Assembly (NCBI RefSeq): GCF_052425735.1
Contig: NC_135760.1
Coordinates: 2,666,001-2,730,000, forward strand
Direction: 5' to 3'
Origin: Oculina patagonica
Lineage: Eukaryota
DNA length: 64,000 bases
Shown here: positions 1 through 10,810 of the stretch, piece by piece
How positions within the stretch are numbered: the stretch's first letter is position 1
How the letters are laid out: the number at the start of each line of letters is the position of its first letter
Notes under the pieces: generated by a model
What the model saw: the letters and a program-made list of their open reading frames with translations, nothing else
Database searches by the model: none
Told to the model about the DNA's origin: nothing
Translations under genes and position numbers: made by a program

Positions 1-1383
1 AAAATGTGTGAAACAGCGGTTGAAAAAGCTGAAACACTTCTTAGACGAAGCACAAGCGCTGAGATTGTCAACCTGGTTAAGTCGTTGAACACTTTCTTTC
101 CAGAAGGAGTCAATAATGATGAAGAAAACGTCGACTGTGACCTCGAAGGCCTTCGTCGATTCATTTTCGTACGGAACGAAACATTAATGGAGAAAGTAGT
201 TACTGAAGGAATCGGTTCTTTCAAAACTTTCCTTAGCAAAACGAAAGCGCATAAGTCAAGTGCCGAAGGAAAAGGAATCGGTGAAGCGATTGTTGGACTT
301 GAAGCACAGTTCAATTTGACAACAAGAAGTGCTGAAGGAGAACAGTGTTATGAAGAGCTTGATTCTGTAACAGTGGAAATCAGAAATCAACAAGGCCATG
401 ACTGTGCAACGAAAGCGCAAGTCCAAGATAACAGGGATGGCACATACAAGTTCAGTTATTTTGCCAAAAAGACCGGAAAATGCGACGCATCAGTAAAGGT
501 AAATGAAGAGCATGTCCGTGGCAGTCCTTTCACTGTTCACTTTAAACCCAGACAATACAGACCTGTGTTATCTCTTGGACAACAAGGTTCGGCTGTCGGA
601 ATGCTAAGCAAGCCTTTTGGAGTTGCCATAAATGAAAGCAACGAACTCGCAGTGACTGATAATGGCAACAACCGCGTTCAGGTATTCAGTAGTGATGGGA
701 CCCACTTAAGATCTTTTGGTAGAAAGGGTGCTAAGCAGGGGGAATTTAACTTTCCTTCCGGGATAGCCTTTGATAAGAAAGGAAATATTACAGTGGTAGA
801 CAGTCATAACCACCGTATTCAACTGTTCAGTGAGCAGGGCGAGTACCAGAGTCATTTTGGTGAGAGGGGATATCTTGATCACCAACTGGCGACTCCAATC
901 GGTTTATCTGTAGACAGTGACGGAAATTTTATTGTTTGTGTCCGAGACAGTAAAATAACTAAGATCTTTTCTCCTAGAGGCCAGATTTTACGTACATTTG
1001 GCGGAGAGGGCTCTTTTACCTATCCATATCACTGTATCCAATATGATAAATATCTTATAGTGTCAGACAGGGATGAACATTGTATTAAAATGTTCGATAG
1101 GAAAGGCAATTTTCTGTACAAATTTGGAAAGAAAGGGAATGGGGATGGGGAGTTTAATACACCTGGTTGCTTGTCAGTTAACAAAGCAGGACAACTAATG
1201 GTCTCTGATCTGAATAATCATAGAGTTCAGGTTTTTTACCTAAGTGGAAAGTTTATAACAAAGTTTGGAACAAAAGGGAGCGGGATAGGAGAGTTTAATA
1301 GACCAATCTCAACAGCAGTTTTCAGTGATGGTAGGATAGTCGTGACTGACTTCCAAAATCATCGCATCCAAATTTTTGAGTAG
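1..1383 (+). CDS. TRIM2/3/71-like protein, C-terminal part (end of coiled coil, filamin/Ig repeat, six NHL repeats); 5'-partial
   Basis: Frame is open from base 1 to TAG at 1381-1383. Filamin signature VQDNRDGTYKFSY...VNEEHVRGSPFTV, then NHL repeats (PFGVAIN..LAVTDNGNNRVQVF; FNFPSGIAFD..VVDSHNHRIQLF; FNTPGCLSV..VSDLNNHRVQVF; FNRPISTAV..IVVTDFQNHRIQIFE). No introns in 1.38 kb. RING/B-box would lie upstream of the window. Confidence 0.9.
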   Translation, partial: KMCETAVEKAETLLRRSTSAEIVNLVKSLNTFFPEGVNNDEENVDCDLEGLRRFIFVRNETLMEKVVTEGIGSFKTFLSKTKAHKSSAEGKGIGEAIVGLEAQFNLTTRSAEGEQCYEELDSVTVEIRNQQGHDCATKAQVQDNRDGTYKFSYFAKKTGKCDASVKVNEEHVRGSPFTVHFKPRQYRPVLSLGQQGSAVGMLSKPFGVAINESNELAVTDNGNNRVQVFSSDGTHLRSFGRKGAKQGEFNFPSGIAFDKKGNITVVDSHNHRIQLFSEQGEYQSHFGERGYLDHQLATPIGLSVDSDGNFIVCVRDSKITKIFSPRGQILRTFGGEGSFTYPYHCIQYDKYLIVSDRDEHCIKMFDRKGNFLYKFGKKGNGDGEFNTPGCLSVNKAGQLMVSDLNNHRVQVFYLSGKFITKFGTKGSGIGEFNRPISTAVFSDGRIVVTDFQNHRIQIFE

Positions 1384-2017
1384 ATATGATTTCCACTCAA
1401 CTTTTATGAAAAATGACTTTCTCATTGAATAATTTGTTTCTAGTATTAAAAATTATGCTTAGAGTAATAATATGACAAATGTGTGTTTTGATTTGTTAGT
1501 ATAACCTTCTTAGGGCCATTTCTTAGTCCAGAGAGTAGTGTGATCTGAGTTGAAATGGTAGAATAGTGTACACCGATAAGGGGTACTTAATTCTTAGATT
1601 ATTTTTCAAATTCTTCAGTTTTACCAAGGTATACCTAAGGAGCGTATCTTTGCTCTTTCAATCGCTGATTCTACTTTTTTGTGTTAAATTTCCGTTTTTA
1701 CCAATTGATTGTTAACCTGTAAGCCGATTGTCCGATTTTGAGATTCTTTTATTTATTTTGACTGTAACAGAAACTGAAGTACTGTCAGGCTAGTTTGAAA
1801 TTACTTTTAAAAAGTTGCTTATGATTGATTTTAAGTTAATTTGTCGGCATGTTACATACATTTCCTAAGACCGTTGTTTTGAATTGAAAATACAGGTAAT
1901 TTTCAATCATTGCTAGATGCTGATCATTGCTAGATCATAATTATGTCAAATATTATTTTTTTTATGTCAAGTAATAAAATACTTGTTACAGAGATAGCTC
2001 CAAGCAAAGGAACTTGT

Positions 2018-2215
2018 GAGAGGGTCCTGAAGGGGGGAAGGGGTATAAAATTCCATTTCCCAGCCTATTGTTTTCCTGACTTTCCAAATCCCAGTCCCAG
2101 TTCTATTGTTTATTTGTTTGCGATTCCCAGTCCTAGTGACCCAAATTTTATTTTCCCAGTGAAAATTTGCCCAAATTCCAGTTCCCATTTTGCTTCTTCA
2201 TGCCCCTCGATCACC
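2018..2215. repeat. Degenerate non-autonomous repeat with TTCCCAG/TCCCAGT internal units
   Basis: AGAGGGTCCTGAAGGGG start followed by several (T)TCCCAG(T) units; right end decayed. It accounts for the spurious ORFs at 1943-2371. Confidence 0.4.
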
Positions 2216-2578
2216 CAATTCCTTGGACAGTGCATAAGGTTTGAGCCAAATGAATATACAAACACATCATTGGCAGATCGTAGGGAAAGCGGCCCCCGTC
2301 CTATTTGTGGAAAGAATGCAAGATCCAAAGGGTCCCCGTCATTTTTAGCAAGAAATAAAAGCCAAACTTAACTCCGCCCCTCTCCCCTCCTCCCCGGTGA
2401 AAAACACCGCGGAGAAAACCTGGGACGAGGTTACCCACTTTTCGTAGAAGTTGTATTATTTTTAAACACGTTCTCAAAATAAAGCCAATTCTCTACAAAT
2501 CACGATTATTTTAGAGGCCGTAGTGGAACAGACCCTTTAATCAATGAAACAAGACTAAAATACGAGAACTGTACTCAC

Positions 2579-5500
2579 AAGAGATTTATCGTTGTGGTTG
2601 CAGAAACAGCGTCGCCATTTTCCGCGATAACAGACAAGTGCGATGTTCCCTCGTTACTTGCGCTATGATAGAAGTTGCCATAATACCGGTAATCTGTAAA
2701 TGTTTGGTTGTCCCATATCTTCCGGCGGATAGATTCGGCAAACTCGGCGTTGGTCATGTTCTTTACAATCTACAAGATGACATTTTCACATATTCGTTAG
2801 TAGTTACTTGATAAGCGATTCTTACGAGCTATAAGCTTGAATTTTCTCTTTTACCCGAGTGTTGTCGCAGACATTACAGAAGGAGTTATTTAGACCCAAG
2901 GGCGTGGTAGGGGCAAGAAAGCTGGTGGTGTGGGGTTGGGGGTGGGGGGCAAGTAGGAATCTATTCAAAATCACTCAAATTACCTCAGTAACATTTGCAA
3001 AGTCCTGATCTCCCAGTAACGCTCTGTAAGCGTACGCAAACTTGAACGCCTCTACAATCCTGTGGTATGTCAAAACTGAATTGTTTAGTCCTTGCCGGTC
3101 GGAAGGCTTCATGTTATATCCTTAAAAAAAGATAAGTGAAAGTGAACAAGAACATTGAAGGAAACAACTTAATTTTCTTCCGTCCGCATTATTGCAATGG
3201 AAATTTTCGCTCAGGAACGCGTAAACCAAGCATAAACGCAGCAACACACAGCAACGCGTAAAGCAAGTCGGTTGATCATTGCCAACAAATGTTTGGAGAA
3301 ATTTGGGCAATGAAAAGGGGTTACCATTCTCGCTTAAAGGGGTCCCTATAGGGGGTTGTTTTTACCCTAATTCTAGACTAAGAGCAGTCTGTCTCTATTT
3401 TTTCGCAACGGTTTCGCTTCCCACTCTACCAGTGTGGGGAACAAATGCCATTTGATGGTGACTGAGCCCGCGGTTTTTGTTCCAGAAGTTGTTAAGCAAC
3501 ATGAAGAATTTGTACGCGCGATTGCTTTCGAAGTTCTCGTGAGCGCTTGCGCTAGTTTTTGATTCGATGAAATAATTTGGAAACTCTTCGAGTGCTTCAA
3601 CGAATATTTGCCAAAACCGGCACTTCCCCCCCCCCCCCCGACTGCTACGGACTCTGGGAAAAAAATAGGGATTGCTCGTAGTCTACTCTAATCCATTCAG
3701 AGAATAAAAGCAAGGAAATCGCAGTCTAAATAGACTGGTCTCTTTCTCTATGACGACTCTGCGTCGGCACTACAACTAGTGCAAAAAGTTAAGCTTACCT
3801 TTTAAAATATTCAGGATAAAACTTAACACCACCCCACTTCCCGGGGGAGGAGTAGAGTACCAAGAGTAGTTTCCCACAGACCCGTTCATAGGTCTTCGAA
3901 ATTTGACTTTGTAGTTCTTCAAATCATCCAAGGTGAAAATGCCCCCGCCATCTTTAATATCTTGTACAATATCTTTGGCTAGTTCTCCGTTATAAAAGTC
4001 TTCAGGATCATCGCGGATTCGTTCCAAGGTTCTGGCAAACTTGGGCATGTAGAGAATTTCTCCTAGCTTCTTTAATTCACCGTCCTTGTTGAATAGAAGT
4101 TCCCTTCAAACAAGTATTAAATCAGTAAGTCAGTACTGAATACCAAAGATAATAGTCCATTTTACAGTTGCCTGCCAAGTGACCTGGCCTTTGAATGGTA
4201 GTGAGGCTGGAGGTGACCTTGCATTGATACAAACCTCTCTGCTTTATCATGTAAATGTGACTAGTTTGCATCAAAACAGCATGATTAACACAACAAAAGC
4301 AGTGAGGTCTGTATCAAATCAAGGTCACCTCCAGCCTCACTTCCATTCAAAGGCCAGGTCACTTGGCAGGCAACTATAAAATGGACTATTGACTTTAATG
4401 GTCACTCCAATATTACATTGACTAGCTAAGAAAACTGCAGTGGAAAGAAAACTTGCGCAACCGTCACACGTTCGTGTTTCACCCTTGTTTAGCTGCAAAA
4501 GGTAATTTCATAAGAAATACGTAAGCGAATAGTTCCGTCATGACCGGCGCTGGTTTGCTTTCCTTGTTTCCTGTCAGGATTTCGAGCCCTCACTCATCCG
4601 TGATACGCCTTGGAACTCACAGTGGGACTACTTTCATCTTCAAGATATGACTGAGCTCGCTGCCTCAATTATGAAGGTTGGTTTGTAACGTGAGAGAAAG
4701 ATAACGTTTACTAACGTGGTAGAGAATGTAGGAATCAAATAGGGCTTAGAAAACTTTACAAGATTTCACAAGGACCTGAGGCAGGGAATGGATATAGGCT
4801 CGCTTATTCAGAATCATAGGAATCGTACTGATCAAGATTTAGTTCTAATTATACTTATAATAAAGTCTTTTAGTCTGTTGTGTCAACATTACTGTACATA
4901 AAACTATTTATCCACTTTACCTATGTCCTGGATCAGCCTTGAGAATCGGTGTATAACGTGTTCGTGTCGCCGCGTAGTGAGCAGAAGGGCCGAACGGAAA
5001 TCCGTTTCTCGCCATGTCAATGGAAGGTTGTACCAGATCCACCCAGTGCAGTTTACCGTATTTCTTCCAGGCTTCGTAAAGTCCTTTCACCTCACCAGGC
5101 ACACCAGCGGCTGTCGCACCTGTATGTAAAGAAGACAAAGTCTGCGTTCGAGCCAAATGGCCCATGCTACTAATTGTACTAAATCTTATCCCAGTTTACG
5201 TAGCATGAAGTGACCAGGAGTGTTTATACTCCCCCTTTATGTGATGCTAGTCCATCGCAGGGTTACCCCCCCCAGCATTAAATTCGCGGGTACCCATTCA
5301 TACACCTGGGTGGAGAGTACGCTGTGAGAGTAAAGTGTCTTGCACAAGAACTCAACGTAGTGATCCCGGCCAGGGCTTGAACCCGGACCGCTCGATCCGG
5401 AGTCCAGCGCACTAACCATTAGGCCACCGCGCCTCCTCGTCGCACCTGTTATAGGCAAAAAAATCAGCACACTGTGTTTATTGCGCTTCAGAGCCTGAGA

Positions 5501-7776
5501 AAAAATCTTAATAAACGCCAGACTCTAGGCCTGAATAGACATGGGTTAAAATAATCCCGGGTCTAAATAACGGCCCCCAGCGTTCCATCGAAGACCTACC
5601 TAGTCTAGAGCTCATTGCACCTCCAACATACATCTTTCTATTGGCTTTCCCCGGGGCTTCTTCTCGAAAGTCAATCACCTCTACAAATCTCGTACTCTTC
5701 TTGTACACAACCATAAACCCACCGCCGCCAACTCCAGCAGAATGCATGTTGTAAACCCCGATACAGAACAAGGCGGCGATCGCCGAATCCATGGCGGATC
5801 CTCCTTTCTTTAGAATTTCCCGGCCTATCTCCGAGCAGGGACCAGCATCTGATGCAACTACGGCGTGTTTGTAGGGGCCATCCGCCCCCGGGGGGGCGGT
5901 CGGTGGAGGTAGGATGGGTCTTGGGGTTGGTGTGTCACTTGGGGGCGCACTGGGCTTGTCGGTAACAGGCTTGTCCGGTTTGGACTGCTTTTCTCTCGTG
6001 AAAACAATGGCGACCGTAATAATGATTACCAGTACAATAACAGCAACTACAACACCAGCAATGATGAGTCTTCGCTTATCTGGTCTGAAAGGTGGAAGGA
6101 GACAAAGAAGTAAAAGCTTTGCATACACTTTTTTATATCAATAAGAACGTCTAATTTTCGAGCTAAAGCTGAACGAGAATAATGTTTCTATTTTAAGGCT
6201 TAAGCCTTAAGACCTTCTCCCACATGTTATAAAGTTCTACTTTTTTATTTTTTTAATACGTGTTTCTATTTTGAACAAAGGAAACGTACATAAATAAATG
6301 CAATAGAAATTCGTGTTACCGGTTAATGTGACAAATGTGCATTCAACTACTTTGGGCTCAGTTGAACCAGCCCTTCCTTTTAAGCGCCCTGGTTGAACTG
6401 TTGTTTATTTTTTTCTGAAATATTTTTAATGTAAAGTTTGGTTTCCTTTTTAAAAACGAGTAGTGTAGCATTGCATTCTTAAGGGCTGGATGCAAATGGA
6501 ATAGATAAAATAGATATGTTTTTGAATAGCTCTGGTATGTTAGTAGAGTATTATTTTAATCAATCTCAACCTCGACGTTCGTACGAAAAACTTTTTTATA
6601 AATTAAAGACATCGTTACATGTGTGGTAATGGTTATAAAAAATAGTCATAGTCATAAAAAGAGCGCGAACACATTCCTAACTCTCTTAACCCTTAACATG
6701 CTAAGCCCGGATTATTCCGGGATTTGGAGGAATGGCCATTCTGCCACTTATGACGTCACCAATTTACACGTCAGCAGATTTTTGTGATTTGCATCTTATA
6801 GAGCTTGGATCGGATCTTTCCAAATTTTGGCTTATGCGCATGCGCCAAAGAAAAATATTGTACATTTTTACATGGCAATTTCATCAAAATCTTCCTGCAT
6901 TGTCAGAAAGTGCATGTTTAGCAAAATTAGAGAACTTTTGGACCGTCGAGCCAAGAAAATCGATTAACGCGTTTTTAGGAATAATTTCAGCATATTAAGG
7001 GTTAAAATTGTGGACTGTCTTCGTTTTAAACAAGTGTGTTGATATGTGTTAATGATAAGTTGTCATAAATATTCACTTTACTAGACTGAGTCACGAATGA
7101 ATTGTACGGACCATTGCCTACGGGAACGCGTTTTGAAATATCAGGGATAACTTTAAGCTTTTTTTTGTCTGTACGGGGATAAGTTTGATAAACATTTAGC
7201 GGGAAAAAAGAAACTCCGTTTTGCTCCTCAGCAGAGGGCCACGTCGCTTGTCTGTCATAAGTAAACTAATAAGGTGTTATGACCATTCAATTTGCTTTCT
7301 CAATTTGCTTTCTTAATTTGCTTTCTCAAATGTGTTTATTGAGCCGTGTCTTTTTGCAATAACAGTCAACACCGGCTTGTTCTGGGCGCCTCTTTAAAAC
7401 GAGACACGCACCTCACTTCAGACCGTTTTCTTTATTATTTATCACGCCCAGTGCGGATACAATTTGTGCTTATCACGACTCGAAAGTGTCTGCCAGTAGG
7501 AATCGGGCGGAGAAGGAACCTCGCAAGCAGTACTGCTAAATGACTTACTATCAATATGCTATACTGCAGATACAAACAAATCGTCATTTAACATACACTT
7601 CGGAAATTGGACTTACGGTTTTGCTACTGAGTCTGATCGCACGGCACATTTACTTATATAATCGCGTGACACATTCATTTATATAGTACATTCGAGTCTT
7701 ACCTTTTCTTCGGAGCGTCTTCTTCAATATCAACCGGCTTGTACAAGACCTCCTTTGTCGCCGCTTCGCTGCTCAT
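2579..7776 (-). CDS. ggt: Gamma-glutamyltranspeptidase / glutathione hydrolase paralog 1 (type II membrane), exons 1-6 only; exons 7-8 not found in window
   Basis: Exons 7776-7703 (MSSEAATKEVLYKPVDIEEDAPKK), 6084-5600 (TM helix, Pro-rich stalk, [35 protein letters not shown]), 5119-4921 (GVPGEVKGL), 4103-3799, 3120-2984 ([13 protein letters not shown]), 2769-2579 (GTSHLSV, catalytic Thr). All introns GT-AG, frame continuous. Exon sizes 305/137/191 match both paralogs. Confidence 0.88.
3374..3685. mobile_element. MITE with TAG...CTA termini (Academ-like), GGT1 intron 4
   Basis: Left TAGACTAAGAGCAGTC, right GATTGCTCGTAGTCTA. Flanks ccctaattc / ctctaatcc match 7/9, consistent with a decayed 9-bp TSD. 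Confidence 0.6.
4151..4390. mobile_element. Long-palindrome MITE, GGT1 intron 3
   Basis: AATAGTCCATTTTACAGTTGCCTGCCAAGTGACCTGGCCTTTGAATGG... mirrored by ...CCATTCAAAGGCCAGGTCACTTGGCAGGCAACTATAAAATGGACTATT; arms about 100 bp. Confidence 0.8.
5138..5437 (-). mobile_element. tRNA-derived SINE, near full length, GGT1 intron 2
   Basis: Minus strand GGAGGCGCGGTGGCCTAATGGTTAG (A box) ... GGGTTCAAGCCC (B box), CORE-like middle CAAGACACTTTACTCTCACAG..CCACCCAGGTGTATGAATGGGTACC, and 3' tail ...GGCTCGAACGCAGACTTT. A second copy lies at 16160-16387. Confidence 0.8.
6686..7005. mobile_element. piggyBac-type MITE, GGT1 intron 1
   Basis: TTAA|CCCTTAACATGCT ... AGCATATTAAGGG|TTAA: TTAA TSD with CCC/GGG termini, 312-bp body. 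Confidence 0.75.
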
Positions 7777-7962
7777 TTTGCTTCGTACACAGCTTTAATC
7801 AAATCAACAAACGAGTTGGCGAATATCAAGCCCTGCAATCGGTCTGCAAAAATTATTTCTCGGTTCTTACGTGCAGTGGGAAATTAGCTCGAACTAATTA
7901 ACAAATAGTAACATAATGCAATGCATAAATGTCATGCGACTAGCTTTATCACAAATCAATAA

Positions 7963-7972
7963 TTATGCAAAT
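7963..7972. promoter_or_regulatory. Octamer motif TTATGCAAAT upstream of GGT1
   Basis: About 190 bp upstream of the ATG. The same 10-mer occurs at equivalent distance upstream of GGT2 (18277-18286) and GGT3 (30756-30765). Confidence 0.5.
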
Positions 7973-8050
7973 AAAGTTGTCTACCAAACCTTTGAAGCAT
8001 TGCATGAGATTTCAATTAGACAATAAAAGTTGGCTGCACCCAGCATTCAG

Positions 8051-8451
8051 GGGTACGGGGGTATGGGTATGGGGTATACTCCCATAAATTTCGGATAGGG
8101 GTGTGCCGCGAAGGTTCTTACACCCTTTTTAAGGCCCAAAACTGAAAAATGACACCCTATTCAAGAGAAGAAGAAGCGTACGCAAATAACGGCTAACCGC
8201 GTACGGCAAAACACAAATCTTTATAAAATCAAAATCGATTTACTAACACTTGAACGGATGCCTTTTTACGTTTAGCTGGGCGTTTATTTTAGCTGATAGA
8301 ATTTAGGTACCCTATCTAAGGATCACACCGGGAACACATTGCCAAAAGGAGCAACAATGATACCCTATTTAAGGACTGAGAACCTCAAAAACCATACCCT
8401 ATCGGGCGGCACATACCTATATAGCCCATATATGGGAGTACCCTCCCCCGG
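8051..8451. mobile_element. MITE of the CCCGGGGG..ACTCCCATA family
   Basis: GGGGTATACTCCCATAAAT ... ATATGGGAGTACCCTCCCCCGGG, flanked by the direct repeat GCATTCAG (8043-8050, 8452-8459). Confidence 0.65.
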
Positions 8452-10810
8452 GCATTCAGCACAATAACCAAGTTCCGAACTATCCCGTGATGTCTTGCCA
8501 GCTAAGTTCAGTGTCATAAAGTCACGGTATTTTTTCTATTTATTTTTGTTAATTAAGAGCTATAAACTTTAAATTGGCAGCGCAAAAGTCTTTTGTTGGC
8601 AAAATCACAGCCACATAACAAACAAGGATGATTTTCGAGCATTAAATGACACTTTCATACAAATTGAGATAAACTTGAAAAAGGTCGGGTCGACGTTTTT
8701 CAAGTTTACTCCAATGCAATCCGTTTTAATCTTCTCGAATTTCGCCCATCCACGCCCCTTTTTGGCCTTTCTGTGTTTCTTTTGAGTTCTTCTACAGTTT
8801 TAAGCCGTTTTTTGATATTTCAGTAATTCTATGATCAGTTGGTCAGTGCGGAAATTGCCTAAAATTTCGTGACATAGCCCCTTTAAATTTCTTTTATGAC
8901 TGCTCTTACTCAATTCCTTTTGGAAAGATTTTGAATCATATTACTTAACTTTGAGAAACAAATACATCTTAATTTGAAAGATGTTGAAGTCGGTGTTCTA
9001 ACACCGGAACTGTCTCTTACTAAATTACTTGTTACTTGTTGGCAAAATCACGTGGAGTGTCTTCCAAATATAACCAAAATCCATCCCTTGGAATGCAAAA
9101 ATGTCACATTCCCCCCAGTAATCCACATTGTTTTTTATTGTTTATTTAATTTTTGCGCATAATTTGCTGTAACCCCCCCCCCTCCCGTTTAGCTTTTTAA
9201 AATAACGTACATCCACAATAATGCCAACACCTCCCCCCATATACTAATAAATGAAACGGGGCATGTCGTAGAGATATGTTGTGGTTCAATTTTATCCTTA
9301 GTTCAAATTTTCTTTTCCTTTGATTATTAAAGTCGTTATCATCATTGCCATACCCAAAAAAAAATGAAAATGAACTTTAAACCAAGGATGAAATTGAGCC
9401 ACAACAGATAAGTCGTAGCGACACGTACGTATGTACGTAGCAGGGACAAAATTCGCGACAGTTCTCGAAAAAGTGTCAGCATACACAATGGGCGTGTCGC
9501 TGCACCAGGCCCCGCCTAACTTGTCTCTAGTCGTGCGAGGAATAATGGGAAGGAGGCAGAGATACGTCTTTCCTCCTTCCCACCATCCTTCGCGTCTTGC
9601 AATTTTCTCACAAGAAACGACTAGGAACGAGTCAGTGTCCCCGCTAAATTTTCTTGTAATTTTTATGTACATGTTGCGATTTTATCCATGCCACGTGCGT
9701 CGCTGCGATATTTCTCTGCAACATGTCCCTTTGTTTGTATACATTTGGATGAACAGGAGGAAACCCAGAACCTTCTTACGATACGAAATGACGTCGAAAA
9801 TATGAGAACCACATAGGTCTACATAATTTCAACAACAAACGTAAAAGAGAAATATCGTCAGTTGCTTGCTTTCCCAACTTAGACTTTTTCTCATTTCAGT
9901 GATTTATTTCATCAAAGGAAACACAAAAGAGAGAAATCATAAGGCTTTTTTGTGTTAAAGGCTTGCTTGTAATTAGACGGTCCTAGATAGCATTGCTGGA
10001 GAAATTATTTAAAATCTGATCTTTAAATCTACTGATGGCTGGAGATGCAAAATAAAGGCCTTCTTTAAAAAATAAAATTCAACAAGATTTGCTCTAAGTC
10101 AATATATTTTAACGCGTACGAGCAGTTCACAAAGAAGGCGCAAATGTTATATAGATGTTTTAGTATTGTGGAAAAACATGTTAAAAATAAACATCCTCGT
10201 CTGAGATGGGGCATACAATTTAACTCTTTAGTCTGAGATGAGTTTTTTTGGTCTGTACGGGCACGATTTCCTTCTGCAGCCTCTTAAAGGGAACCTCGGC
10301 TGTAAAACAATTCTGGCCAAAATAATAAGTTTACCACAGTCTCAAACCGTTTTGGTTCAAAGTCGCGGATTCGGATACTGTGCCTTTGATTTGTAAATTT
10401 TTGTGATTTTAAATTTCCCGCGCGCCGCTATTTTGGATTTTATGACGTCAGAGCGTTGCTGCTATTGTTAGCAAGCAAACGCACTGACGTCATAAGTTCC
10501 AAAATGGCGCCGTGCAGAAAATTTAAAAGCCATAATCGTTTCCGTTTATGGTTGTACCAAAAATATTTTTTCCCCTTGTCTGGTAAAATTTGTGATTTGT
10601 GATTATCAAGAGGAGGCCCCCGTCACATGGAGTGGTTTTCAGGAATTCCTCAAATAAAACTAATCATAAAGTTAAAAATCAAGTTCAAAAGGTAAAAATA
10701 TAAAACTACAAGTATTTTGATCTAAAAATTAAGTTAAATTTTATCAATAAAAAGCGAAAAGCACTTTTCTATTAAAAAGTTCTTAATTCGTGACAGAATT
10801 CAAATGTTAA

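Noticed and set aside
2321-2331. GATCCAAAG as the start of the missing GGT1 exon 7
   Set aside because: Only a 9-nt match; there is no acceptor and no following [12 protein letters not shown] coding.
1943-2371. 142-aa ORF and overlapping minus-strand ORFs
   Set aside because: They derive from a TCCCAG-rich repeat and show no recognisable domain.
5365-5437. tRNA gene (A and B boxes on the minus strand; also 16315-16387)
   Set aside because: It continues into a SINE body and tail and has no proper acceptor stem, so it is a tRNA-derived SINE head.
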